Positions 11,463 to 26,400 of a stretch of DNA of 64,000 nucleotides are shown here, one piece after another. This stretch comes from Eledone cirrhosa (lineage: Eukaryota), in assembly GCA_964016885.1 (NCBI GenBank), contig OZ024744.1:43834001-43898000 (forward strand), given 5' to 3'. Position numbers and translations under genes: made by a program. Each line of letters starts with the position of its first letter. The first letter of the stretch is position 1. The notes under the pieces were generated by a model. The model did no database searches, was not told the origin of the DNA, and saw only the letters and a program-made list of their open reading frames with translations.

Positions 11463-14400
11463 GTACCTACCACCGTCTCTCCCTAATATACCATTCTACC
11501 AGAGTCACCACACCGTCCTATACTATTCTACCACAGTGTCGCTCCCCTATATTATTATACCACTGTCCATCACCCTCCTATAGCATTCTACCCGTCTCTC
11601 TCTCTTTCCAATACTATTCTACCACAGTCCCTCACTCTCCATCCTATACCATTCTACCACTCTCTCTCTCACTCGTATAGAATTCTACCACAGTCCCTCT
11701 TCCCTATACCATTCTACAACAGTCTCTCTCTCTTTCCAATACTATTCTACCACAGTCCCTCACTCTCCATCCTATACCATTCTACCACTCTCTCTCTCAC
11801 TCGTATAGAATTCTACCACAGTCCCTCTTCCCTATACCATTCTACAACAGTCTCTCTCTCTTTCCAATACTATTCTACCACAGTCCCTCACTCTCCCTCC
11901 TATACCATTCTACGACTCTCTCTCTCACTCTCCCTCCTATACTATTCTACCACAGTCTCTCTCCCCTATACCATTCTACCACAGCCACCATCTCTCCTAT
12001 ACTATTGGACCACAGTCTCTCTCTCCCCCTATACTATTCTACCACATTCTCTCTCTCTCCTATAGAATTCTACCACAGTCTCTCTCCCTCCTATACAATT
12101 CTACCACAGTATCTCTCCCCTATACCATTGAAACACAGTCTCTCGACCCTATAGTATTGTATCACAGTCTCTCTCCCTCCTATAATATTCTACACTGTCA
12201 TTCTTCCTCCTATACTTTGTACCACAGTCTCTCTCCCCTGTACAATTCTAACACAGTCTCTCTCCCCTATACCATTCTACCATATACTCTCTCCCCTATA
12301 CTATTGTATACAAGTCTCTTTCGCTCCTATACCATACTACCACAGTCTCTCTCCCTCCTATATTATTCTACCACTGTCTCTCTCCCCTATGCCATTGTAA
12401 CACAGTCTCTCTCCCCTATATCATTCTACCACCGTCTCTCTCCCTCCTATACTATTGTACCACAGTCTCTCTCCCTCCTATACTATTCTACCACAGTCTC
12501 CCTCCTATATACCATTCTACCACAGTCTCTCTCTCTCCTATATTATTCTACCCCAGTCTCTCTCCCTTATACTATTGTATCACAGTTTCTCTCCCTCCTA
12601 TACCATTCTACCGCAGTCTCTCTCTCCCTACTATAGCATTCTACCACAGTCACTCTCTTTCCTATACTATTCTTCCACAGTCTCCCTCTCTTCTATGCAC
12701 TTCTACCATAGTCTCTCTGCCTCCTATATCATTCTACCACACACTCTCTCTCTCCCCTATACCATTCTAACACAGTCTCTCTCTCGCTCCTGTACTATTC
12801 TACCAAAGTCTCTCTCCCTCCTATACCATTCTACCACAGTCTCTCTTCGTCCCATACTATTGTAACACAGTCTCCTTCACTCCTATATCATTCTACCACA
12901 GTCTCTCCCTCCTATACTATTCTACCACAGTATCTCTCTCTCACATATACCATTCTAGCACAGTCTCTCTTTCAGCTATACCATTCTTCCACAGTCTCTC
13001 CCTCCTATACCATTCTACGACAGTCTCTCACTCTCCTATAACATTCTACGACAGTCTCTCTCCCTCTTATACTATTCGACCACCGTCTCTCTCCCTCCTA
13101 TACCATTCTACCGTAGTCTCTCGCCCTCCTATGCTATTGTACCAATCTCTCTCGCACCTATACTATTCTACCACAGTCTCTCTTCCCTATACCATTCTAT
13201 CACTGACGCTCTCTCCCATATACCATTCTACAACAGTCTCCCTCTCACACCTATAACATTCTAGCAAAATCTCTCTCACCCTCCTACACAATTCTCCCAC
13301 AGTCTCTCTCTCTCCCACCTATAACATTCTACCACAGTCTCTCTCTCTTTCCATACTATTCTACCACAGTCTCTCACTCTCCCTCCTATACCATTCTACC
13401 ATACACTCACTCTCTCTCCCTCGTATAGAATTCTACCACAGTCCCTCTTCCCTATACCATTCTACAACAGTCTCTCTCTCCTCCTCCTGAACCATTCTAC
13501 CTTAGTCTCTCTCTCTCCCTCCTATACTATTCTACCACAGCGTCTCTCCCCGATACCATTCTACCACAGTTTCTCCCCCTCCTATACTAGTCTAACACAG
13601 TCTATCTCCTCTATACCATTCTACCACAGTCATTATCTCTCCTATACTATTGGACCACAGTCTCTCTCTCCCCCTATACTATTCTACTTAATCTCTCTCT
13701 CTCTCCCATAGAATTCTACTATAGTCTCCCTCACTCCTAAACCATTCTACCACTGTCCCTCTCCCCTTTACCATTGTACCACAGTCTCTCTCCCTCCTAT
13801 ACAATTCTACCACAGTATCTCTCCCCATACCATTGAACCAGAGTCTCTCGACCCTATAGTATTGTATCACAGTCTCTCTCCCTCCTATAATATTCTAACC
13901 TGTCTTTCTTCCTCCTATACTATGTACCACAGTCTCTCTCCCCTATAAAATTCTAACACAGTCTCTTTCCCCTATACCATTCTACCATATACTCTCTCCC
14001 CTATACTATTGTATAAAAGTCTCTTTCGCTCCTATACCATACTACCACAGTCTCTCTCTCTCTCCTATATAATTCTACCGCAGTTTCTCTCTCCTATACT
14101 ATTCTACCACAGTCTCTCTCCCTCCTTTATTATTCTACCACTGTCTCTCTCCCCTATGCCATTGTAACACAGTCTCTCTCCCCTATATCATTCTACCACA
14201 GTCTCTCTCTCTCCTTACTGTACTATTCTACCACCGTCTCTCTCCCTCCTATACTATTCTACCACAGTCTCTGTCCACTATACCATTCTACCACCGTCTC
14301 TCTCCCGCCTATCCTATTGTATCATAGTCTCTCTGCCTCCTATACCATTCTTTCACAGTCTCTGTCTCCCTCCTATACCATCCTACAACAGTCCCTCTTC

Positions 14401-17400
14401 TCTATACCATTGTACCACATTTTCTCTCCCTCATATGCTATTATACCACAGTCTCTCTCCCCTATACCATTGTAGCACAGTCTCTATCCCCTATACTATT
14501 GTATGATAGTTTCTCTCCCTCCTATACCATTCTACCACCGTCTCTCTCCCTCCTATAAATTCTACCACAATCTCTCTCCCCCTATACCATTCTGCCACCG
14601 TTTCTCTCCCTCCTATATCATTCTACCACAGTCTCTCTCTCCTTACTGTACTATTCTTCCAAAGTCTCTCTCCCTCCTATACCATTCTACCACAGTCTCT
14701 GTCCACTATACCATTCTACCACCGTCTCTCTCCCGCCTATAATATTGTATTACAGTCTCTCTGCCTTCTATACCATTCTTTCACAGTCTCTCTCTCCCTC
14801 CTATACCATTCTACAACAGTCCCTCTCCCCTATACCATTGTACCAGTCTCTCTCCCTCCTATACTATTCTACCACGGTCTCTCTCCCCTATACCATTGTA
14901 CCACAGTCTCTATGCCTCCTATACTATTCTATCACAGTCTCTCCCTCCTATACTATTCTACCATAGTCTCCCTCTCTCTCATATACCATTCTATCACAGT
15001 CTCTCTTTCACCTATACCATTCTTCCACAGTCTCTCTCCCTCCTATAATATTGTACCACAGGCTCTCTCTCCCCTATACCATTCTACGACAGTCTCTCTC
15101 CCTCCTATACTATTCTACCACCGTCTCTCTCCCTCCTATACCATTCTACCAATGTCTCTCTCTCCATCCTAAACCATTCTACCACAGTCTCTCTCTCCTA
15201 TATAATTCTACCCCAGTCTCTCTCCCTCTCTTCTATGCACTTCTACCATAGTCCCTCTGCCTCCTATACCATTCTACCACAGTCTCCCTCTCTCCCCTAT
15301 ACCATTCTAGCACAGTCTCTCTCTCCCCTATACCATTCTAACACAGTCTCTCTCTTGCCCCTGTACTATTCTACCAAAGTCTCTCTCCCCCCTATACCAT
15401 TCTACCACAGATCTGTTCGTCCCATACTATTGTAACACAGTCTCTTTCACTCATATACCATTCTAGCACAGTCTCTCTTTCACCTATACCATTCTTCCAC
15501 AGTCTCTCCTTCCTATACCATTCTACGACAGTCTCTCATTCTTCTATAAGATTCTACGACAGTCTATCTCCCTCCTATACTATTCTACCACCGTCTCTCT
15601 CCCTCCTATATCATTCTACCACTGTCTCTCTCGCTCCTATACCATTCTACCACAGTCTCTCGCCTTCCTATACTATTGTACCAATCTCTCTCGTACCTAT
15701 ACTATTCTACCACAGTCTCTCCGATATACTATTGTGCCGCAGTCTCTCTCCCCTATAGTATTGTACCACAGTCTCTCTCCCCTATACTATTGTACCACAG
15801 TCTCTCTCCCCTATACTATTGTACCACAATCTCTCCCCTATACTATTCTACCACCGTCTCTCTCCCTCCTATACTATTCTACCAGTCTCTCTCCCCTATA
15901 CCATTCTACCACAGTCTCTCTCTCCCTCCTGTACTATTCTCCCAAAGTCTCTCTCCCTCCTATACCATTCTACAACAGTCTCTCACTTCCTATACAATTG
16001 TACCACAGTCTGTCTCCCCCCTATACTATTCTACCACAGTCCCTGTTCCTCCTATACCAATCTACCACAGTCTCACTCCCCTATTTTATTGTACCACAGT
16101 CTCTCGCCCCTCTACTATTGTACCACAGTCTCTCTCACTTTTATACCATTCTACTCAGTCTCTCCCTCTCTCCCACCTTACCATTCTACCACAGTCTCTC
16201 TCTCTCTCCCCTCTACTATTCTACCACAGTCCCTCTCTCCCTCCTTACCATTCTACCACAGTATGTCACCTCTATGCCATTCTTCCACAGTCTCTCTTCT
16301 TCCTATACTATTCTACCACTGTTTCTCTTCCCCTGTACTATTGTACCTTATATACAATTGTTTCCACAGTCTCTCACCTTCCTATACCACTCTACAACAG
16401 TCTCTCCCATTCCTATACTATTCTCCCAAAGTCTCTCTCCCTCCTATACCACTCTACAACAGTCTCTCCCATTCCTATACTATTCTACCACAGTCTCTCT
16501 CCCTCCTATACTATTCTACCACAGTCTCTGTCCCTACTGTACCATTCTACAACAGTCTAGCTCCATCCCATACTATTCTACCATCTATTCCCATACTATT
16601 CTCTGTTTTCACTATACGATAATACCACAGTCTCTATCTCCCTATACTATCCTACCACAGTCTCTCTCTCTCTGATACTATTGTACCACAGTCTCTGTTT
16701 CCACTATACAATTGTACCACAATCTCTCTCCCTATACAATTCAACCACAGTCTCTCTCCTCCATACTCTGTTATCAACGTCTCTCTCCGTCCTATACCAT
16801 TCTACCACAGTCTCTCTCCCTCCTATACAATTCTACCACATTCTCTCTCCCCTATATTATTTTACCACAGTCTCTCTCTCCCCCATATTATTCTACCACA
16901 GTCTCTCTCACCTACACTATTCTACCAGAGTCTCCCTCCGCTATACTAATGTATCATAGTCTCTTTCCCTCCTATGCCATCATTCTACCACAGTCTCTCT
17001 CTCCTATACAATTCTACCACAGTCTCTCTCTCCGACAAAACTCTACAACGGTTTCTCCCCTATATCATTCTACCACAGTCTCTCCCTCCTATACTATTCT
17101 ACCACAGTATCTCTCTCTCACATATACCATTCTAGCACAGTCTCTCTTTCAGCTATACCATTCTTCCACAGTCTCTCCCTCCTATACCATTCTACGACAG
17201 TCTCTCACTCTCCTATAACATTCTACGACAGTCTCTCTCCCTCTTATACTATTCGACCACCGTCTCTCTCCCTCCTATACCATTCTACCGTAGTCTCTCG
17301 CCCTCCTATGCTATTGTACCAATCTCTCTCGCACCTATACTATTCTACCACAGTCTCTCTTCCCTATACCATTCTATCACTGACGCTCTCTCCCATATAC

Positions 17401-20400
17401 CATTCTACAACAGTCTCCCTCTCACACCTATACCATTCTAGCAAAATCTCTCTCACCCTCCTACACAATTCTCCCACAGTCTCTCTCTCTCCCACCTATA
17501 ACATTCTACCACAGTCTCTCTCTCTTTCCATACTATTCTACCACAGTCTCTCACTCTCCCTCCTATACCATTCTACCATACACTCACTCTCTCTCCCTCG
17601 TATAGAATTCTACCACAGTCCCTCTTCCCTATACCATTCTACAACAGTCTCTCTCTCCTCCTCCTGAACCATTCTACCTTAGTCTCTCTCTCTCCCTCCT
17701 ATACTATTCTACCACAGCGTCTCTCCCCGATACCATTCTACCACAGTTTCTCCCCCTCCTATACTAGTCTAACACAGTCTATCTCCTCTATACCATTCTA
17801 CCACAGTCATTATCTCTCCTATACTATTGGACCACAGTCTCTCTCTCCCCCTATACTATTCTACTTAATCTCTCTCTCTCTCCCATAGAATTCTACTATA
17901 GTCTCCCTCACTCCTAAACCATTCTACCACTGTCCCTCTCCCCTTTACCATTGTACCACAGTCTCTCTCCCTCCTATACAATTCTACCACAGTATCTCTC
18001 CCCATACCATTGAACCAGAGTCTCTCGACCCTATAGTATTGTATCACAGTCTCTCTCCCTCCTATAATATTCTAACCTGTCTTTCTTCCTCCTATACTAT
18101 GTACCACAGTCTCTCTCCCCTATAAAATTCTAACACAGTCTCTTTCCCCTATACCATTCTACCATATACTCTCTCCCCTATACTATTGTATAAAAGTCTC
18201 TTTCGCTCCTATACCATACTACCACAGTCTCTCTCTCTCTCCTATATAATTCTACCGCAGTTTCTCTCTCCTATACTATTCTACCACAGTCTCTCTCCCT
18301 CCTTTATTATTCTACCACTGTCTCTCTCCCCTATGCCATTGTAACACAGTCTCTCTCCCCTATATCATTCTACCACAGTCTCTCTCTCTCCTTACTGTAC
18401 TATTCTACCACCGTCTCTCTCCCTCCTATACTATTCTACCACAGTCTCTGTCCACTATACCATTCTACCACCGTCTCTCTCCCGCCTATCCTATTGTATC
18501 ATAGTCTCTCTGCCTCCTATACCATTCTTTCACAGTCTCTGTCTCCCTCCTATACCATCCTACAACAGTCCCTCTTCTCTATACCATTGTACCACATTTT
18601 CTCTCCCTCATATGCTATTATACCACAGTCTCTCTCCCCTATACCATTGTAGCACAGTCTCTATCCCCTATACTATTGTATGATAGTTTCTCTCCCTCCT
18701 ATACCATTCTACCACCGTCTCTCTCCCTCCTATAAATTCTACCACAATCTCTCTCCCCCTATACCATTCTGCCACCGTTTCTCTCCCTCCTATATCATTC
18801 TACCACAGTCTCTCTCTCCTTACTGTACTATTCTTCCAAAGTCTCTCTCCCTCCTATACCATTCTACCACAGTCTCTGTCCACTATACCATTCTACCACC
18901 GTCTCTCTCCCGCCTATAATATTGTATTACAGTCTCTCTGCCTTCTATACCATTCTTTCACAGTCTCTCTCTCCCTCCTATACCATTCTACAACAGTCCC
19001 TCTCCCCTATACCATTGTACCAGTCTCTCTCCCTCCTATACTATTCTACCACGGTCTCTCTCCCCTATACCATTGTACCACAGTCTCTATGCCTCCTATA
19101 CTATTCTATCAAGTCTCTCCCTCCTATACTATTCTACCATAGTCTCCCTCTCTCTCATATACCATTCTATCACAGTCTCTCTTTCACCTATACCATTCTT
19201 CCACAGTCTCTCTCCCTCCTATAATATTGTACCACAGGCTCTCTCTCCCCTATACCATTCTACGACAGTCTCTCTCCCTCCTATACTATTCTACCACCGT
19301 CTCTCTCCCTCCTATACCATTCTACCAATGTCTCTCTCTCCATCCTAAACCATTCTACCACAGTCTCTCTCTCCTATATAATTCTACCCCAGTCTCTCTC
19401 CCTCTCTTCTATGCACTTCTACCATAGTCCCTCTGCCTCCTATACCATTCTACCACAGTCTCCCTCTCTCCCCTATACCATTCTAGCACAGTCTCTCTCT
19501 CCCCTATACCATTCTAACACAGTCTCTCTCTTGCCCCTGTACTATTCTACCAAAGTCTCTCTCCCCCCTATACCATTCTACCACAGATCTGTTCGTCCCA
19601 TACTATTGTAACACAGTCTCTTTCACTCATATACCATTCTAGCACAGTCTCTCTTTCACCTATACAATTCTTCCACAGTCTCTCCTTCCTATACCATTCT
19701 ACGACAGTCTCTCACTCTTCTATAAGATTCTAAGACAGTCTATCTCCCTCCTATACTATTCTACCACCGTCTCTCTCCCTCCTATATCATTCTACCACTG
19801 TCTCTCTCGCTCCTATACCATTCTACCACAGTCTCTCGCCTTCCTATACTATTGTACCAATCTCTCTCGTACCTATACTATTCTACCACAGTCTCTCCGA
19901 TATACTATTGTGCCGCAGTCTCTCTCCCCTATAGTATTGTACCACAGTCTCTCTCCCCTATACTATTGTACCACAGTCTCTCTCCCCTATACTATTGTAC
20001 CACAATCTCTCCCCTATACTATTCTACCACCGTCTCTCTCCATCCTATACTATTCTACCAGTCTCTCTCCCCTATACCATTCTACCACAGTCTCTCTCTC
20101 CCTCCTGTACTATTCTCCCAAAGTCTCTCTCCCTCCTATACCATTCTACAACAGTCTCTCACTTCCTATACAATTGTACCACAGTCTGTCTCCCCCCTAT
20201 ACTATTCTACCACAGTCCCTGTTCCTCCTATACCAATCTACCACAGTCTCACTCCCCTATTTTATTGTACCACAGTCTCTCGCCCCTCTACTATTGTACC
20301 ACAGTCTCTCTCACTTTTATACCATTCTACTCAGTCTCTCCCTCTCTCCCACCTTACCATTCTACCACAGTCTCTCTCTCTCTCCCCTCTACTATTCTAC

Positions 20401-23400
20401 CACAGTCCCTCTCTCCCTCCTTACCATTCTACCACAGTATGTCACCTCTATGCCATTCTTCCACAGTCTCTCTTCTTCCTATACTATTCTACCACTGTTT
20501 CTCTTCCCCTGTACTATTGTACCTTATATACAATTGTTTCCACAGTCTCTCACCTTCCTATACCACTCTACAACAGTCTCTCCCATTCCTATACTATTCT
20601 CCCAAAGTCTCTCTCCCTCCTATACCACTCTACAACAGTCTCTCCCATTCCTATACTATTCTACCACAGTCTCTCTCCCTCCTATACTATTCTACCACAG
20701 TCTCTGTCCCTACTGTACCATTCTACAACAGTCTAGCTCCATCCCATACTATTCTACCATCTATTCCCATACTATTCTCTGTTTTCACTATACGATAATA
20801 CCACAGTCTCTATCTCCCTATACTATCCTACCACAGTCTCTCTCTCTCTGATACTATTGTACCACAGTCTCTGTTTCCACTATACAATTGTACCACAATC
20901 TCTCTCCCTATACAATTCAACCACAGTCTCTCTCCTCCATACTCTGTTATCAACGTCTCTCTCCGTCCTATACCATTCTACCACAGTCTCTCTCCCTCCT
21001 ATACAATTCTACCACATTCTCTCTCCCCTATATTATTTTACCACAGTCTCTCTCTCCCCCATATTATTCTACCACAGTCTCTCTCACCTACACTATTCTA
21101 CCAGAGTCTCCCTCCGCTATACTAATGTATCATAGTCTCTTTCCCTCCTATGCCATCATTCTACCACAGTCTCTCTCTCCTATACAATTCTACCACAGTC
21201 TCTCTCTCCGACAAAACTCTACAACGGTTTCTCCCCTATACTATTCTACCACAGTCTCTCTCCCTCCTATACTATTGTACCACAGTCTCTCCTTCCTATA
21301 TTATTCTACCTCTGCCTATCTCCCTTATGCCATTCTAACACAGTCTCTATCACCTATACCATTCTACCACCGTCTCTCCCTCCTATACTATTGTATCACA
21401 GTCTCTATCACCTATACCATTCTACCACCGTCTCTCTCCCTCCTATACTATTGTATCACAGTCTCTCTGCCTCCTATGCCATTCTGCCACAGTCTCACTC
21501 TCCCTCCTGTACTATTCTACCTAAGTCTCTCTCTCCCTCCTATATGATACTACCACAGTCTCTCTTCGTACTATACTATTCTACCACAGTCTCCTTCCCT
21601 CCTATACTATTCTACCACAGTCTCTCCCTCCTATACTATTCTACCACACTCTCTCTCACTCTCTCATATACCATTATATCACAGTCTCTCTTTCATATAT
21701 ACCATTCTACCACAATCTCTCTTCCTTGTATACCATTCTACCACTGTCTCTCTCTCTCCTATACCATTCTATCAAAGTCTCTCTTCCTCCTATAATATTG
21801 TACCACAGTCTCTCTCCCCCATACTATTTTACCACAGTCTCTCTCCTTCCTATACAATTCGACCACAGTCTCTCCCCTCCTATACAATTCTACCACATTC
21901 TCTCTCTCCCCTTTACGATTCTACCACAGTTTCTCTTTCCTCTATACCTTTCTACCACATTCTCTCTGCCTCGTATACTATAGTACCGCAGTCTATCTCC
22001 CTCTTATACTATTCTACCACAGTCTCTCTCTCCCCTATACTATTATACCTCAGTCTCGCTTCACTATATTATTGTATAATAGTCTCTCTCCCATATAATA
22101 TTGTACCACAGTCTCTCCCCCCTATACTATTGTACCACAGTCTCTCCCTCCTATACCATTCTACTACAGTCTCTCTCCCTATTACTATTGTACCACAGTC
22201 ACTCTCCCATATACTAATCTACCACAGTCTCTCTTCCCTATACCATTCTACCACAGTCTTTCTCTCCCACCTACACTATTCTACAACAGTTTCTTTCTCT
22301 CTCTCCCCTATATCATTCTACCACAGTCTCCCTCCTCCTATACCATACTACCATAGTCTTTCTCCTCTCACTATTCTACCACAGTCTCTCAGTCCCTCTA
22401 ATCTACACAGCCTCTCTCCTTCCTATACCATTCTACCACAGTCTCTCTCTCCCCTCTATACCACCCTGACACTCTCTCTCCATCCTATACTATTCTACCA
22501 GTCTCTCTCCCCTATACTATTCAACCACAGTCTCTCTCCCTCCTATACCATTCTACCACAGTCTCTCTCATACCTATTCTATTGTACCACAGTGTCTCTC
22601 CCCCCTATACCATTCTACCACAGTCTCCCCTATACTATTGTAACACAGTCTCTGTCCCTACTATACCATTCTAACAAAGACTCTCTCCATCCTGTACCAT
22701 TCTACCACAGACTCTCTCCCTCCTATACCATTCGAACACAGTCTCTCTTCCTCCTATACTATAGCACCGCAGTCTCTCTCGCTCCTATACTATTCTACCA
22801 CAATCTCGCTTTCCCCTATACTATTGTACCACAATCTCTCTCCACTATACTATTGTACCACAGTCTCTCGCACATATACTATTCTACCACAGTCTCTCTT
22901 CACTATACCATTCTACCACAGTCTTTCTCTCCCTCCTACATCTTTCTACAACAGTGTCTTTCTCTCTCCCACCTATACCATTCTAACACAGTCTCTCTCT
23001 CCCCTCTATACCATTCTACCACTGTCTCTCTCTATCCTATACCATTCTAGCACAGACTCTCTCTCCCCTATACCATTCTACAACAGTCTCTCTCCCCTAT
23101 AATATTCTACCACAGTCTCTCTCTCCCATTTTACTATTGCACCACAGTCTCTCTCTCTCCTATACTCTTCTACCACAGTCTCTCTCTCCCCTATACTATT
23201 GTACCACAGTCTCCCTCCTATACCATTCTACTACAGTCTCTCTCCCCTTTACTATTGTACCACAGTCTCTCTCTCTTCTATAATATTATACTGTAGCCAC
23301 TCTCTCCCTACTATACCATTACAATCAGTCTTTCTCGCTATCCCTCCTATACTATTTTATCAAGGTCTCTCTGCCCTATACTATTCTACCACAGTCTCTC

Positions 23401-26400
23401 TCCTCACTATTCTACCACAGTCTCTCAGTCACTCCCATACCATTCTACCACAGTCTCTCTCCCCTATACTATTCAACCACAGTCTCTCTCCCTCCTATAC
23501 CAGTCTACCACAGTCTCTCTCATACATATTCTATTGTACCACAGTCTCTCTCCCTCCTATACCATTCTTTCACTGTCTCTATTCCCTATATGTTCTATTA
23601 CAGTCTCTCTCACTACTATACCATTATACCACATACTCTCTCCCTTATACCATTCTACCAAATTCTCTCTTCCCCTTATAGTATTGTACCACAGACTCTC
23701 TCTCTCCTATACTTTTCTAACATAGTCTCTCTTTCCACTATACTATTGTACCAATGTCTCTCTACACCATATTATAGTACCACAATCTCTCTCCCAAATA
23801 CTATTGTACCGCAGTCTCCCTGCCCTATAATATTGTACCATAGTCTCTCTCCCTCCTATACCATTCTACTACAGTCTCTCTCCCCTTTACTATTGTACCA
23901 CAGTCTCTCGCTCTCCTATATCATTATACTCAGTCTTTATCTCTCTCCACTATACCATTCTACAACAGTCACTCTCCCCTATACCATTCTACAACATACT
24001 CTCTTCCTCGTATAATATAGTACTGCAGTCTATCTCCCTCTTATACTATTCTACCACAGTCTCTCTCCCCCCTATACTATTGTACCTCAGTCTCGCTCCA
24101 CTATATTATTGTATAACAGTCTCTCTCCCATATAATATTGTACCGCAGTCTCTCTCCCCTATACTATTGTACCACAGTCTCTCCCTCCAATACCATTCTA
24201 CTACAGTCTCTCTCCCTATTACTAGTGTACCACAGTCTCTCTCTCTCTCCTATACTATTATACCACAGTCTATCTCTCCCTCCTATACAATTATACTCAC
24301 TCTTTCTCTCTCTCCCCTATACTATTGTACCACAGTCTCTCCCTCCTATACCATTCTACTACAGTCTCTCTCCCTATTACTAGTGTACCACAGTCTCTCT
24401 CTCTCTCCTATACTATTATACCACAGTCTATCTCTCCCTCCTATACCATTATACTCACTCTTTCTCTCTCTCCCTCCTATACCATTCTACCACAAACTCC
24501 CTCCCTCCTATACCATTCTACCACACTCTCGCTCCCTCCTATACTATTCTACTATAGTCTCTATCCCTCCTATACCATTCAATCACAGTCGCTCTCTCCC
24601 CTATATCATTCTACAACAGGCTCTCTCTCCAATATACCATTCTACCACAGTCTCTCTCCCTCCTATACCATTCTACCACAGACTCTCTCACACTCCTATA
24701 CCATTATACTCACTCTTTCTCTCTCTCCCTCCTATACTATTCTACAACAGTCTCTCTGCCCTATACAATTCTACCACAGACTCCCTCCCTCCTATACCAT
24801 TCTACCACAGTCTCTCTTCCTCGTATACTATAATACCGCATTATATCTCTCCCTCCTATACTATTCTACCACAGTCTCTCTCTCCCCTATATTATTGTAC
24901 CACAGTCTCTCTCCCTACTATACCATTTTACCACAGTCTCTCTCTCACTCCTAATCAATTATACCAAAGTCTCCCTCACCCTCCTATACTATTGTACCAC
25001 AGTCTCTGTCCCTACTGTACCATTCTACGACAGTCTCGCTCCTTCCTCTACAATTCTACAACAGTCTCTCTCTCCCCTATAAAATTCTACCTCAGTCTCT
25101 CACCCTCCCCTACTAATCTACCCAGCCTCACTCCCACCTATACCATTCTACTACAGTCTCTCTCTCTCCCTCCTATACCATTCTACCACAGTCTCTCTCT
25201 CCCCTATACAATTCTACAACAGTCTCTTTCTCTCCCCTATACCATTCTACCTCAGTCTCTCTCCCTCACCTACTAATCTACCCAGCCTCACTCCCACCTA
25301 TACCATTCTACCACAGTCTCTCTCTCCCCTATACCATTCTACTATAGTCTATCTCTCGTCCTCTTATACCATTCTACCACAGTCTCTCTACCCCATACTA
25401 TTGTATCACAGTTTCTCTCCCTCATATACCATTCTACCACAGTCTCTCTCTCCATCTTACACCATTCTACCACTGTCTCTCTCCATCCTATACCATTCTA
25501 CCACAGCCCCCCTCTCCCCTATACCATTCTACAACAGTCTCTCTCCCCTATACCATTCTACCATATTCTCTCTTCCTCCTATACTATAGTACCTCAGTCT
25601 CTCTCCCTCCTATACTATTCTACCACAGTCTCTCTCTCCGCTATACTATTGTACCACAGTCACTCTCCACTATACCATTGTACTACAGTCTCTGTCACCT
25701 TTACGAATGTATCTCTGTCTCTCTCTCTCCTATACTATTCTACCACAGTCTCTCTCTCCCCTATACCATTGTACCATATTTTCCATCCTATACAATTCTA
25801 CTACACTCTCTCTCCCATTTACTATTGTACCACAGACTCTCTCTCTCTACCATACTATTATACCACAGCCACTCTCTCCCTCCTATACCATTATACTCAG
25901 TCTTTCTCTCTCTCCCTCCTATACCATTCTACCACAGTCTCTCCCTCCCTCTTATACCATTCTACCACAGTCTCTCTCTCCCTCCTATACTATTCTACCA
26001 CAGTCTCTGTCCCTACTGTACCATTCTATGACAGTCTAGCTCCATCCTATACTATTCTACCATAGTCTCTATCCCTCCTATACCATTATATCACAGTCTC
26101 TCTCTCCCCTATAACATTCTACCGCAGTCTCTCTCTTCCCTATACCATTCTACCACGGTCTCTCTCCATCCTATACAATTCTACCACAGTCTTTCTCTCT
26201 TCCCTATACCATTCTACCTCAATTTCTCTCCCTCCTCTACTAATCTAACCAGCCTATCTCCCTCCTATACCACTCTACCACAGTCTCTCTACCCCATACT
26301 ATTGTATCACAGTTTCTCGCTCTCCTATACCATTCTACCCCAGTCTCTATTCCCTATACTTTTGTATCACAGTCTTTCCCTCCTTCCTATACCATTCTAC

